DNA of 64,000 nt from Patescibacteria group bacterium (GCA_018969615.1 JAGWYA010000001.1:169141-233140); one strand, 5' to 3'; positions 39,166 to 48,606 are shown, counted from the first letter of the stretch. The notes: generated by a model not told the origin, from the sequence alone. Program-made: numbers and translations.

Positions 39166-39388
39166 ATCTCACTCGCGCTCGCTTGATCTTACTGACAGGA
39201 CGCTCGCGCTCTTTGGAACCCAGCGGTTCCAACGCCCCGCCCTGCGGGGCTGCCTCCGCTACGGAGAAACTTCTCGCCTCGCTAAAGCTTTGGCGAAGCG
39301 GGCCGTTTCCCCGACCCCCTTCCCGTTCGATCCCTACCCGGAGAAACATAAAGACCGGCATATGCCGGTCTTTATGTTTCTGCTCCCC
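39166..39388. repeat. Copy of the multi-hairpin element abutting the tRNA-Asn 3' end
   Basis: Alignable with 37465..37709 along its length. Confidence 0.9.
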
Positions 39389-39454
39389 GGGTAGGGATCG
39401 AACCTACGACCTTCTCGTTAACAGCGAGCTGCTCTACCGCTGAGCTACCGGGGA
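39383..39454 (-). tRNA. tRNA-Asn(GTT), CCA not encoded
   Basis: TCCCCGG acceptor, TAGCTCAGCGGTAGAGC D arm, CTCGC-TGTTAAC-GAG anticodon region, GTAGGTTCGATCCCTAC T arm. Confidence 0.97.
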
Positions 39455-39513
39455 ATATGTTACCCATAATACTTAATCTATCCATAAAAATCAAACGATA
39501 AAAAAGTCCCCGG

Positions 39514-39795
39514 TCATGCCGGGGACTTCATTTTTCTGATGTCGAGGAGATAGGTATCCTGGAGAGACGGGGTAAAGTTGCAGTACTTACACCAAGAGCC
39601 ACCGTCGAGCATGAACTGCAAGGGATTATCGCACTCCGCGCAATGCAGGATCGACTTCACCGACTCGTCCCGCTCAGATGCCTTGCACAAAGGGCAATAC
39701 CGCAGCCGATTATTTCCGATCTGCAACGGGACGCCGCACGGCTGACACCATAGAACGCGCTTCGGACCCAACGCGACCGGCCTGAGTATCGACAT
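39514..39795 (-). CDS. Small double zinc-ribbon protein
   Basis: Four CxxC pairs; SD AAGGAGG. Confidence 0.7.
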   Translation of the reverse strand: MSILRPVALGPKRVLWCQPCGVPLQIGNNRLRYCPLCKASERDESVKSILHCAECDNPLQFMLDGGSWCKYCNFTPSLQDTYLLDIRKMKSPA

Positions 39796-39862
39796 GCATC
39801 CTCCTTTTGAAAAGAGAATGAGCTGCCTCTACTCTATACCGCGAAGGACCGCCAAGTCAATC

Positions 39863-42109
39863 TTAAACGATCTCGCACACGCCGCCGACGCACGCGAGCT
39901 CTTTCGCGCCCTGGGTCTCATCTTCCTTTTCATACAAAAGGATCTGCGAGAAATCGACGTCCGGAAACTGCGCCATCAAACGGTCATAGCCTTCTTTTGA
40001 GATCTCTTCATACGGGGCAAGTTCATAGACATGCTCTTCCCGCGGCAGGAACGACAAGCCGCCGACCAAGTCCCAGTTCTCGTAGACCCAGTTCGCGACC
40101 GCGATCCATTCGTTCTCTCCCACCGAGACCGTAATGGACGGATTATGCTCGGTAAAGTTCTCCTTCACCTTTTTCCAGTATTCCAGCTGCTCAAGCGCCG
40201 TCAGATCGTTCCGGAACACCGCCTTCGTCGGCGCCTTCACCGGAAATTCGAGCACAAAGGTCGTCGGGTTCGCCTCCTGTCCTACTTCCGGATAGAACGG
40301 CATCTTCTGGTCGCGAAGCATCTTGAAAAGGCTGTCAGTCGCCGCGATACGGACCCGGCGGATATAATACTGCGCATGGCGCGTATGAATGCCGGACGAA
40401 GCGTCCACGAGCTGCGAAACGGTCCCGGAGGGCTTCACGCAGGTCACCGACGCCGACGCGTTGATCCCGAACCGTTTTGCATATTCCTCGTTCACTTCGA
40501 TCGCGCGATCGCGCAATTTCCGGAACAATTTACCGGTATCTTTATGCAAGACCGGGCAATCCCACTGGCCCGTGATCGAAACGCCCAGCAGCCGCTCCTC
40601 GTCGCAGTTCTGTTTCCACTCTTTCGAAAGATACGGAAAATTCGTCAGCGTGGACTGGTACGTCCCCAGGATCGCCGCGAGGCGGATCTTGCGGAGCAAT
40701 GTCGCCTCGGTATCGCCTGCACGGGCAACCACTTCGGATAGATTGCAGAATTCCTTGGAACGCAGGATGATCTCTCCGCATGGGTTGCTTCCCGAGGTCG
40801 CACCCTTCTTCTGGAACAGCTTCCAGCGGCGTTCCGGCATCTGCTTCTGCAAACTGCCGCGGTTGAAAATGCCGCGCTCGCCGGTTCCGCTCTTGGCAAG
40901 CGCGATCCATTCATCCATAAAAACGCTCGCGGTCGGCTTGCTGGTATAAGCGGTCGAATTGTTCGCCATGCTCCGCTGCGGTTCCGTGAGATAGAACTGA
41001 CCCTTCTTGGCATCGCGCATCCCGTCATCATCCAGATCGGACAGCGAGATCAGCGCACTGCGGCGGACGCCGCCCATGACCACTACCTCGCCGATCTTGC
41101 AGACGATATCGTGGACATCGATCGGGCGCAGGCGGCGGTTCTGGTTCGCAAGGATCCGTTCACGCACGAACGTCAGGACCGAGCGAAGCGGAGCCGGGCC
41201 CGAGCTCTTCCCGCCCATCGTCTTCAAGCGCGCACCCGCCGGGCGGAGCTTCTCAAAACTGAACGAAATATCCTTTCCGCCAAACCAGGTTTCCATGCCC
41301 AAAAGCAGGGCATCCGCCCACCCCTCCTTGCTGTCCTCGATCACATGCACGGGCAATTTCTTTCCGGTCTGCGGCTTTACCTGCGGCAGCTGCTGGACCG
41401 TCTGCTGCTCCACTGAAAAGCCGACGCCGGCGCCGCACATCAGGACATACATGATCTCCGCGAAATCACGCAGCTTCGTCGGCGCGACATAAGAACAGTT
41501 ATACCCCGCGACATTCGTCGCTTTCGCCGCATATCCCGCGCTCCACACCAGGCGCATGGACGGCATCACCTCCTGGCGCAGGATCGCTTCGCGCACTTCC
41601 TGATATTCTTTCTTCGTCAGCTTCGATCCGAGGTTCTCTCTCATGAAGGTCATATAGCGGTCGACGGTCTCGATCCACGTCTCGCGGCGGTCCTCGGCGT
41701 CGATCCAGCGCGAATACGTCCGATAATAAATGAATTCGGAAAGCGGATTCTTAAAATACTTTTTACTCTCTTCCGCGAGAGCTTTTACATGCGCAGGAAC
41801 CTCTTTTTTCTTCTCGCGCAGCGCGGCGCGTTCCTGCCGATACAAAATATAGGCCTTTGCGGTCTTCGCATAATCGGACAAGATCAGATTCTCTTCAACC
41901 GTGTCCTGGACATTCTCGATCCCGATGCTGGCATGGCTCGGATATTTTTTCCGCAGCTCTTTCACGACCCGGTCGGAAACCATCGCCGCATCCTCCGCTC
42001 CCCCTTCATGCGTCACCTGCATCGCTTTCGCGATCGCGTTGGTAATATGCGTCTGATCGAACGGCACAACCCGACCATCCCGCTTCCGCACTGTTTGAGT
42101 TGACGACAT
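39863..42109 (-). CDS. nrdJ: Class II (AdoCbl-dependent) ribonucleotide reductase, monomeric type, with ATP cone
   Basis: VRKRDG ATP cone, YNC, GGVRRSALI, NPCGEI, TCVKPSGT, C-terminal CVGGVC. Confidence 0.93.
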   Translation of the reverse strand: MSSTQTVRKRDGRVVPFDQTHITNAIAKAMQVTHEGGAEDAAMVSDRVVKELRKKYPSHASIGIENVQDTVEENLILSDYAKTAKAYILYRQERAALREKKKEVPAHVKALAEESKKYFKNPLSEFIYYRTYSRWIDAEDRRETWIETVDRYMTFMRENLGSKLTKKEYQEVREAILRQEVMPSMRLVWSAGYAAKATNVAGYNCSYVAPTKLRDFAEIMYVLMCGAGVGFSVEQQTVQQLPQVKPQTGKKLPVHVIEDSKEGWADALLLGMETWFGGKDISFSFEKLRPAGARLKTMGGKSSGPAPLRSVLTFVRERILANQNRRLRPIDVHDIVCKIGEVVVMGGVRRSALISLSDLDDDGMRDAKKGQFYLTEPQRSMANNSTAYTSKPTASVFMDEWIALAKSGTGERGIFNRGSLQKQMPERRWKLFQKKGATSGSNPCGEIILRSKEFCNLSEVVARAGDTEATLLRKIRLAAILGTYQSTLTNFPYLSKEWKQNCDEERLLGVSITGQWDCPVLHKDTGKLFRKLRDRAIEVNEEYAKRFGINASASVTCVKPSGTVSQLVDASSGIHTRHAQYYIRRVRIAATDSLFKMLRDQKMPFYPEVGQEANPTTFVLEFPVKAPTKAVFRNDLTALEQLEYWKKVKENFTEHNPSITVSVGENEWIAVANWVYENWDLVGGLSFLPREEHVYELAPYEEISKEGYDRLMAQFPDVDFSQILLYEKEDETQGAKELACVGGVCEIV

Positions 42110-42248
42110 GAAATTGAAAAGATGAATTATTATCTTTCATCATACGCCAAATATCCGCCGACTCCCAGAGAATTCTGTGGATAGAAACGGCGCCGAAACG
42201 CGCAGTGCGAAAAAAGAACGGTCAAAGCCTCCATTTCGGAGGCTTTGA

Positions 42249-42398
42249 CTACATCATGCCCGCTTCTTCGGAGCCTTCATCGCTCAGATCCATGCGAGCG
42301 TCGCTCTCAAAAGCAAGGTCGGTATATTTTTGTAATTCTTTCCGGAGCGCTTTCCGTTCTTTTTCGGAAAGTTCGCGGATCCCTTCGGACATCGCCAT
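42249..42398 (-). CDS. 49-aa acidic peptide downstream of ftsZ
   Basis: Manual translation MAMSEGIRELSEKERKALRKELQKYTDLAFESDARMDLSDEGSEEAGMM; fills the gap up to the terminator at 42221..42249. Confidence 0.45.
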   Translation of the reverse strand: MAMSEGIRELSEKERKALRKELQKYTDLAFESDARMDLSDEGSEEAGMM

Positions 42399-42411
42399 AA
42401 TGATCAATAGA

Positions 42412-43587
42412 TTATTTTTTCTTTTTTCTTAAAAATGCGGGGATATCCCAGATATCGGACGATTTCTTCGGCGGCTCTCCTTTCCCATGACGCGCTTCTT
42501 CGTTCTTTTTCTTCGGTTCGGGAAGCTCGCGCACTTCGCTCCTGATCGTCAGCGTCTCTTCGACACGGACTTCCGCAGGGGCGGCAAACAAGTTCGATAA
42601 GGCCGGTGCGGAGCGCTGGAAAGACGGGCCGCCGGTGAATCCGGTCGCGACCAGCGTTACTTTCAGTTCGCTCGCCTTCATATTCTTGTCCTGATAAGCG
42701 CCGAAAATGATCTTTGCCGCAGGGTCAACCGCATCCGAGATCGTCTTTGCGATCTCATTGATCTCGCTCATCTTCATGTCCTTCGTCCCCGAAACGCTGA
42801 ACAGAACCCCCCGCGCTCCATCAACCGAAACCTCGAGCAACGGCGAGTTAAGCGCCTGCGTCACGGCGGCCATCGCGCGGTCCTGTCCGGATGCGATACC
42901 GATACCCACCAGCGCATTTCCCGCATTTTCCATGATCGCCTTCACGTCGGCGAAATCAACGTTGATGATGCCAGGCATCGCGATCAGTTCCGCTACGCCC
43001 TGGATCGCATACTTCAAAATATCGTCCACCGCTTCGAACGCCTTGATAAGCGTCGTATCCTTTTCGATCACCGAGAAGATACGGTCGTTCGGAACCACGA
43101 TGAGCGTATCCACTTTTTCTTTCAAAGTTGAAAGGGCGTCCTGTGCGATCCGCGACCGATGCGCGCCCTCGAACGTGAACGGCTTCGTGACCACCGCGAT
43201 CGTCAGTGCGCCCATTTCCTTTGCGGTCTCCGCAACGACCGCTGATGCGCCGCTGCCGGTCCCGCCGCCAAGGCCCGCGGTGATGAACACCAGGTCAGCG
43301 CCCTTGAGCGCTTCGCTGATCTCGGAGCGCGTCTCTTCGGCCGCCTGCCGCCCCATTTCCGGGTTCATGCCGGTTCCCAATCCTTTGGTCAGGTTCTTGC
43401 CGATATGGATCTTCGTGTCCGCCTTGCAGAGCTCCAGGTCCTGCGTATCCGTATTGATCGCAATAAAATCAACCCCTTTAAAAAGGTCTTTCCGCATGCG
43501 CGAGATGGCATTATTGCCGCCTCCGCCGACGCCGACCACTTTGATCGTCGCCATTTCGTGTTTCAGTTCGTTCGATTTGTGTGCCAT
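42412..43587 (-). CDS. ftsZ: Cell division protein FtsZ
   Basis: GGGTGSG, NVDFAD, DIPAFLRKK. Confidence 0.99.
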   Translation of the reverse strand: MAHKSNELKHEMATIKVVGVGGGGNNAISRMRKDLFKGVDFIAINTDTQDLELCKADTKIHIGKNLTKGLGTGMNPEMGRQAAEETRSEISEALKGADLVFITAGLGGGTGSGASAVVAETAKEMGALTIAVVTKPFTFEGAHRSRIAQDALSTLKEKVDTLIVVPNDRIFSVIEKDTTLIKAFEAVDDILKYAIQGVAELIAMPGIINVDFADVKAIMENAGNALVGIGIASGQDRAMAAVTQALNSPLLEVSVDGARGVLFSVSGTKDMKMSEINEIAKTISDAVDPAAKIIFGAYQDKNMKASELKVTLVATGFTGGPSFQRSAPALSNLFAAPAEVRVEETLTIRSEVRELPEPKKKNEEARHGKGEPPKKSSDIWDIPAFLRKKKK

Positions 43588-43596
43588 ACCAATAGA

Positions 43597-44832
43597 TTAC
43601 GGAAGCAGGTTCTTCAGCATCTGTTTTGCCCAACCGGTCACGTTTCCGCCGCCGAACGATCCTTCGCCAAGCGTCCGCTCGCGGGCCTGCAATAACAGTC
43701 CCATCGCACAGACGAACTCGGGATCCTCAAGCTGGAGGCTCAGCTCGCCGCTCGGGACCTCTAAAGACGAGGTATCCGAGATACCGATCTGCGCCGGCAG
43801 TTTCATTTCCGATTTTGCAAAGTCGATGATCCCCGGCAGCTTCGCTCCTCCGCCGACAAGGACAACGCCGATCGGCAACTTTCCCGCACGGCCGATAAGC
43901 TTCAATTCATTATCGACGAATTCCAGGATCTCTGCAAGTCGAACTTCAATGATATCGATCACTGACCTGCGGGATACGGAACCCTTCGCATGCGGATCGA
44001 TCTTTTTGAGGTCGATCTGCTCGCGCCCCGAAACACCCTTCATCGAAGCGGCGCCGAAGGTCAGTTTCACGACCTCAGCGGCATCGATCGAGGTCTTCAG
44101 TCCGATCGCGAGATCGTTCGTAATGTTCCCCGACCCTACCGGAAACACCGCCGAATGCAGAAGCTTGTTCTCTTCGTAGACGCACATGCTCGTCGTACCG
44201 AATCCGATGTCCACCAGCACTACCCCAAGTTCTTTTTGGTTCTTGGAAAGCACCGCCCCGGCATCCGCAAGCGGCGTAAAGATCGGTCCGCCGACCGTCC
44301 CGCCCGCCATCTCAATACATTTATATAAATTCTTCACCGCCGGTGCGAACGCATCGATAATGACACTGTTCACTTCAAGCCGGTTACCGGTCATCCCGAT
44401 CGGATCGCGGATATCGCCGATACCGTCGACAATAAACTCGCGCGTGATCGCATGAAGCACCATGCGATTCGGCGGAAGATGGATCGCCTGCGACGCCTGC
44501 TTCGCCCGGTCGATATCATCCGTATAGATCTCGCTGTCGGCGCGCGAAACAGCAACAATGCCGCGGGACGATTGAATATGAATATCGGAGCCGCCCACGT
44601 TCACAAAGATATTTTTAAGCGCGCTCTTATGGTCCCGCTTGATGTCGCTGAATAAAACATTGAGCGAACGCGTCATTTCACCCAGATCATCGATGCTTCC
44701 CTTTCGCATGCCGCCGGACGGCTGTTTGATGAGCCGTACCAACGCCAATCCGCCGTCATTTTTTACCTCCGCGATGACCGCTTTCAGGTTGCTTGATCCA
44801 ATATCTAAACCGAGTAAAAAAGTATTCGCCAT
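43597..44832 (-). CDS. ftsA: Cell division protein FtsA
   Basis: GLDIGSS, VDIGFGTT, ITNDLA, GGGAKLPG; upstream of ftsZ. Confidence 0.97.
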   Translation of the reverse strand: MANTFLLGLDIGSSNLKAVIAEVKNDGGLALVRLIKQPSGGMRKGSIDDLGEMTRSLNVLFSDIKRDHKSALKNIFVNVGGSDIHIQSSRGIVAVSRADSEIYTDDIDRAKQASQAIHLPPNRMVLHAITREFIVDGIGDIRDPIGMTGNRLEVNSVIIDAFAPAVKNLYKCIEMAGGTVGGPIFTPLADAGAVLSKNQKELGVVLVDIGFGTTSMCVYEENKLLHSAVFPVGSGNITNDLAIGLKTSIDAAEVVKLTFGAASMKGVSGREQIDLKKIDPHAKGSVSRRSVIDIIEVRLAEILEFVDNELKLIGRAGKLPIGVVLVGGGAKLPGIIDFAKSEMKLPAQIGISDTSSLEVPSGELSLQLEDPEFVCAMGLLLQARERTLGEGSFGGGNVTGWAKQMLKNLLP

Positions 44833-44859
44833 AACGCGCCGGAGCTCAGCCCGCCCTCC

Positions 44860-45258
44860 TTATTTCAGCTTCCGCATGAGGGATCGTTCTCGTTTCTCCA
44901 TAACTATTCTATCATTCTTTCGCTCATGGTCATAGCCCAAAATGTGCAGAACTCCGTGCACCAGCATAAACACCAGATCCTCCCTCTTTTGTTCAATATA
45001 GCGGGGGTCAAGATAGACCTCGCCAAGCGCATCGCTTGGAAATCCCGGAGGAGAAACGAACGAAAGCACATTCGTTGTCTTATCTTTTTTGCGGTATTTC
45101 TTGTTCAGCGCGCGCATCGCGTGCGGGCCGATCAAAAAAACATCGATCGGCTTCTTTAATTTCAATACCGCGGCGATCGCCTTCCCCTTCTTTACCAATA
45201 CCGGCTTATAGGACTGCAATTTTTTATCGATCACCTCGATGCGGATCTCCTTGATCAT
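44860..45258 (-). CDS. ybeY: rRNA maturation RNase YbeY
   Basis: LNKKYR.KD..TNVLSF, HGVLHILGYDH. Confidence 0.95.
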   Translation of the reverse strand: MIKEIRIEVIDKKLQSYKPVLVKKGKAIAAVLKLKKPIDVFLIGPHAMRALNKKYRKKDKTTNVLSFVSPPGFPSDALGEVYLDPRYIEQKREDLVFMLVHGVLHILGYDHERKNDRIVMEKRERSLMRKLK

Positions 45259-45315
45259 AGTACTCAAAGTATACCAAGGGCGCCGGAATAAAAAAACGGC
45301 CCGAAGGCCGTTTTT

Positions 45316-45756
45316 CTATCCCAGCTTTTCTTTTACCAGCTCGCTGACCATCTTGCCGTCAGCCTTGCCTTTCATTTCGGCCATCACGGCCTTCATGACC
45401 AGGCCGGTATTGCTCTTATCCGCAACGCCCGCCAGGATCTTCTCCACCAGAGCCGCCGCTTCTTCACGCGACATCTGCTTCGGCAAATATCCCTCAATGA
45501 TCGCCAGTTCCACTTTCTCTTTGTCCGCAAGATCGGCGCGGCCGCCGGTCATAAATGCTTCAATGGACTCCTTCCGCTTCTTCGCCTCGCGGAGCAAAAC
45601 CTGCATCTCGTCGTCCGCGGTCAACTGAGCGTCCTTTCCTTTTTCGATCGCCTTGTTCTTGAGCGCCGAGTTCAGCATGCGTAAAAGCCCCACCTTATCG
45701 GCGTTCCCCGCTTTCATCGCCTCCTTGAGATCGCTCATGATCTTTTCCTGCATCAT
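45316..45756 (-). CDS. GatB/YqeY domain protein
   Basis: DLKEAMKA, KKRKESIE.F..GGR.DL, YLP.QMS, GKADG. Confidence 0.93.
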   Translation of the reverse strand: MMQEKIMSDLKEAMKAGNADKVGLLRMLNSALKNKAIEKGKDAQLTADDEMQVLLREAKKRKESIEAFMTGGRADLADKEKVELAIIEGYLPKQMSREEAAALVEKILAGVADKSNTGLVMKAVMAEMKGKADGKMVSELVKEKLG

Positions 45757-45856
45757 AAAGATTATTTTTTGATTAATACTATTGTCTTTCCAGTATACCA
45801 GAACCAAAATAGATATCGGAACCGAAAACAGACCTCTTCGGTCTGTTTTGGTCAAT

Positions 45857-46066
45857 TTACATCACGCCGAGCTTGCGCGCCCGTGCGACCTCTTTCTTCT
45901 TCGCTTCGCGATAGAGCGCCGCCGCCTTCAGCTTGATCCGGCTCTTCGGACGAGTGCGGAACCGCCGTTTGCGCGCTTCGATCAACACGCCGCTGTGCTG
46001 CATTTTCTTGGTAAAGCGGTAGATGAACGAGCCCGAGGATTCATTTTCTTTGCGTCGTACCTGCAT
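45857..46066 (-). CDS. rpsU: 30S ribosomal protein S21
   Basis: VRRKENES....IYRF.KK...SGVL.EARKRRF; upstream of yqeY as usual. Confidence 0.85.
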   Translation of the reverse strand: MQVRRKENESSGSFIYRFTKKMQHSGVLIEARKRRFRTRPKSRIKLKAAALYREAKKKEVARARKLGVM

Positions 46067-46201
46067 AAGAGTATATAATAGCAAACTAACTTTTACTTAT
46101 CAACCCCCCCCTACATACCTCTTCCCCTATTATTCCCGCATATGCGGGAAGAATAGGGGAAGAGACTTTTTCATTCACCTGATCGCTATTGATGCCTGTC
46201 T

Positions 46202-46588
46202 TTAGGTGCGGGGATCATGACGAGGATGCGGCATCGCATCGATCGCCGTTTTATCCTTGACCGGGTGCCAGCCGCCCAGAATGTGCAGATGCAAATGGTC
46301 GATCACCTGCCCGCCGTCGCGGCCGACATTAAAAACGAGCTTATACCCCTTCAATCCCGCTTTCGCCGCAACTTCTTTGGCGGTATAGATCATATGCGCG
46401 AGGATATCGCGATGATTTCCCTCCAGCGACGCGATCGACTGGATATGCTCCTTCGGTACCACCAGGTCATGGATCGGAGCGGACGGATGGATATCCTTGA
46501 ATACCATCAGCGTATCGTCCTCGAATACGATATCAGCCGGCACTTCTTTTTTGGTTATCTTGCAGAAGATACATTCAACATTTGACAT
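46202..46588 (-). CDS. HIT family nucleotide-binding protein
   Basis: CIFCKI, DIHP.AP.H, GQVIDHLHLHILGG. Confidence 0.95.
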   Translation of the reverse strand: MSNVECIFCKITKKEVPADIVFEDDTLMVFKDIHPSAPIHDLVVPKEHIQSIASLEGNHRDILAHMIYTAKEVAAKAGLKGYKLVFNVGRDGGQVIDHLHLHILGGWHPVKDKTAIDAMPHPRHDPRT

Positions 46589-46683
46589 AGAACCTTTGAC
46601 AATAAACAAGAGTCGATTCAATCGACAGGACGCTCTGCTTTCTGGGTCCTACCGGTCAAATGTCAATTGTTTTTTGTTAATTG

Positions 46684-47991
46684 TTATTTGAGCCGCTTCT
46701 TCACTTCCGTCACCACTTTCTTGAGCGGAATGGTTTCCTGAACGCTGTTGTCGAGATCGCGGATGATGATCGCATCCTCGAACGCTTCCTTCTGTCCGAA
46801 GATAAGCGCCAGGCGCGATCCCTCTTTGTTCGCCGCACGAAGCTGAGCGCCGAGCGAATCCTTGCCGAGCGATTCCTGCATCGGGATCCCCGCTTCACGG
46901 AGCGACTCGATCAGGGCCAGGCTCTTTTTCTTCGCCGTATCGCCGATATGGATAAAGAACACGGTCGCCTTCTCTTTCGGTGCGGAGCCGCTCTTCAGCG
47001 CCTTCATAACTTCCAGCACGCGCTCCACGCCGAGCGCGCCGCCGACCGCTCCCGCCGGCCTGCCGCCGAACATTTCGATCAGATAATCATACCGGCCGCC
47101 GCCGCCGAGCGCGAAATCGAATTTCGTCCCGTCTGCTGCCGTCGCCTCCGTGAAGATCTCGAAGACGGTCCGGCTGTAATAATCCAGGCCGCGGACAAGC
47201 TGGTGGTCCACCTGATACGGGATCTTCAATTCGTCCAAGAATTCCAGCGTATCCTTCAGGTGCTTATTGCAATAGACGCACAGGCTATCAAGCGAGATCG
47301 GCGCGGCCGGCTTATATTCCTGGCAGGTCGGATTCTTACAGTCGAGCAGGCGCAGCGGGTTCTCGCGCAGGCGCCGGCGGCAATCCTTGCACAGCTTGAA
47401 ATTCGGGTTCTTATAGTACTCGATCAACTTTTTGCGGTAGTTCGGGCGGCAGATGCGGCATCCGATGCTGTTCACTCTGACCGTTATCTGCTTGACCTTC
47501 AGCCGCTCAAGAAGCCTGACCATCGCCAAAATGATCTGCGCATCATACACCGGTTCGTCATCGCCGCCGATGATCTCAAAGCCCATCTGATGGAACTGGC
47601 GGAACCGGCCGGCCTGCGGCTGTTCTTTGCGGAACATCGGGCCCAGGTAGAACAGCTTCAGCGGCTGGCCCAAGTGCGCCAAGCCATGCTGCAGATACGA
47701 ACGCACGATCGATGCGGTCGCCTCCGGACGCAGCGCCAAACGGTCGCCGCTCCGGCTCTTATAAACGAACATCTGCTTTTCAACGACATCGGTCGTTTCG
47801 CCCAATGTTTTTTCGAATACCTCCGCGCGCTCCATCAGCGTCGTTTCGATCCGGCTGAAATGATAGTGGTCGGCGATGTATTGCAGCTCTTTGCGGACCT
47901 TGTCCCACCACGCCTGCTCCTGCGGAAGGATATCGTGCATCCCTTTCGGAGACTGCAGGTTCTGCATTTTTTGTTTATTTTGATCACTCAT
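46684..47991 (-). CDS. hisS: Histidine--tRNA ligase
   Basis: LRPEATA, GRFRQFHQ, LVRGLDYY, GGGRYD. Confidence 0.98.
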   Translation of the reverse strand: MSDQNKQKMQNLQSPKGMHDILPQEQAWWDKVRKELQYIADHYHFSRIETTLMERAEVFEKTLGETTDVVEKQMFVYKSRSGDRLALRPEATASIVRSYLQHGLAHLGQPLKLFYLGPMFRKEQPQAGRFRQFHQMGFEIIGGDDEPVYDAQIILAMVRLLERLKVKQITVRVNSIGCRICRPNYRKKLIEYYKNPNFKLCKDCRRRLRENPLRLLDCKNPTCQEYKPAAPISLDSLCVYCNKHLKDTLEFLDELKIPYQVDHQLVRGLDYYSRTVFEIFTEATAADGTKFDFALGGGGRYDYLIEMFGGRPAGAVGGALGVERVLEVMKALKSGSAPKEKATVFFIHIGDTAKKKSLALIESLREAGIPMQESLGKDSLGAQLRAANKEGSRLALIFGQKEAFEDAIIIRDLDNSVQETIPLKKVVTEVKKRLK

Positions 47992-47994
47992 AGG

Positions 47995-48537
47995 TTATAA
48001 AGGGTATGAAAAAATTTGCGCCTTCGAGAACGGCAGCAGCCGGGCACGGACCAGCCCGATGATATATTTCTGGTCCATCGGTCCCCAGCCGCGGGAATCG
48101 TAACTGTAGTTCCGGTTATCGCCCAGCATGAAATACTGGGTCGGACCAAGCGTCACGGTCATATTTCCCGAGGTCTGCGTTCCGTACGGAAGATACGGTT
48201 CCTGCAGCATCGTCTCTGAGCCGTCCTTGTTCATGATGCCGACCTGCCCGTTTCCGATCTTGATCGTCTCGCCCGGAAGGCCGATGATGCGCTTGATGTA
48301 GAAGATCGACGGATTTTCCGGATATCGGAACACGATGACCTCGTCGCGCTGCGGAGCGCGGAAATGATAGGTCACTTCATCCACCAGAAGATAATTCCCA
48401 TCGGTGAAATTCGGTTCCATGCTCGCACCGCTCACCAAGAACGGCTGCACCAGGAACGTACGGATCAGGAATACGGTCACGACCGCGACCAAGACGACCT
48501 CGACCACCTCCCAAACTGCAAGTAAAAATGTTCTCAT
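47995..48537 (-). CDS. lepB: Signal peptidase I
   Basis: SGASMEP, YIKRIIGLPGE, GDNR..S.DSR. Confidence 0.97.
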   Translation of the reverse strand: MRTFLLAVWEVVEVVLVAVVTVFLIRTFLVQPFLVSGASMEPNFTDGNYLLVDEVTYHFRAPQRDEVIVFRYPENPSIFYIKRIIGLPGETIKIGNGQVGIMNKDGSETMLQEPYLPYGTQTSGNMTVTLGPTQYFMLGDNRNYSYDSRGWGPMDQKYIIGLVRARLLPFSKAQIFSYPL

Positions 48538-48606
48538 GGCGTGAAGAATACTGTGTGTATTTATCTATTTTAATACCCTCGCTTTGATAATACAATGGGC
48601 GCTCGG

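Noticed and set aside
37228-39443. ORFs containing LPAGRQ/PACRQAG and RQSFSEARS
   Set aside because: Translations of the palindromic repeat element and tRNA, not credible proteins.
42170-42190. DnaA box / replication origin
   Set aside because: Only isolated imperfect boxes; no cluster or dnaA.
42707-48000. Long plus-strand ORFs (490 aa and 439 aa)
   Set aside because: Antisense shadows of ftsZ/ftsA and hisS, expected in GC-rich coding DNA.
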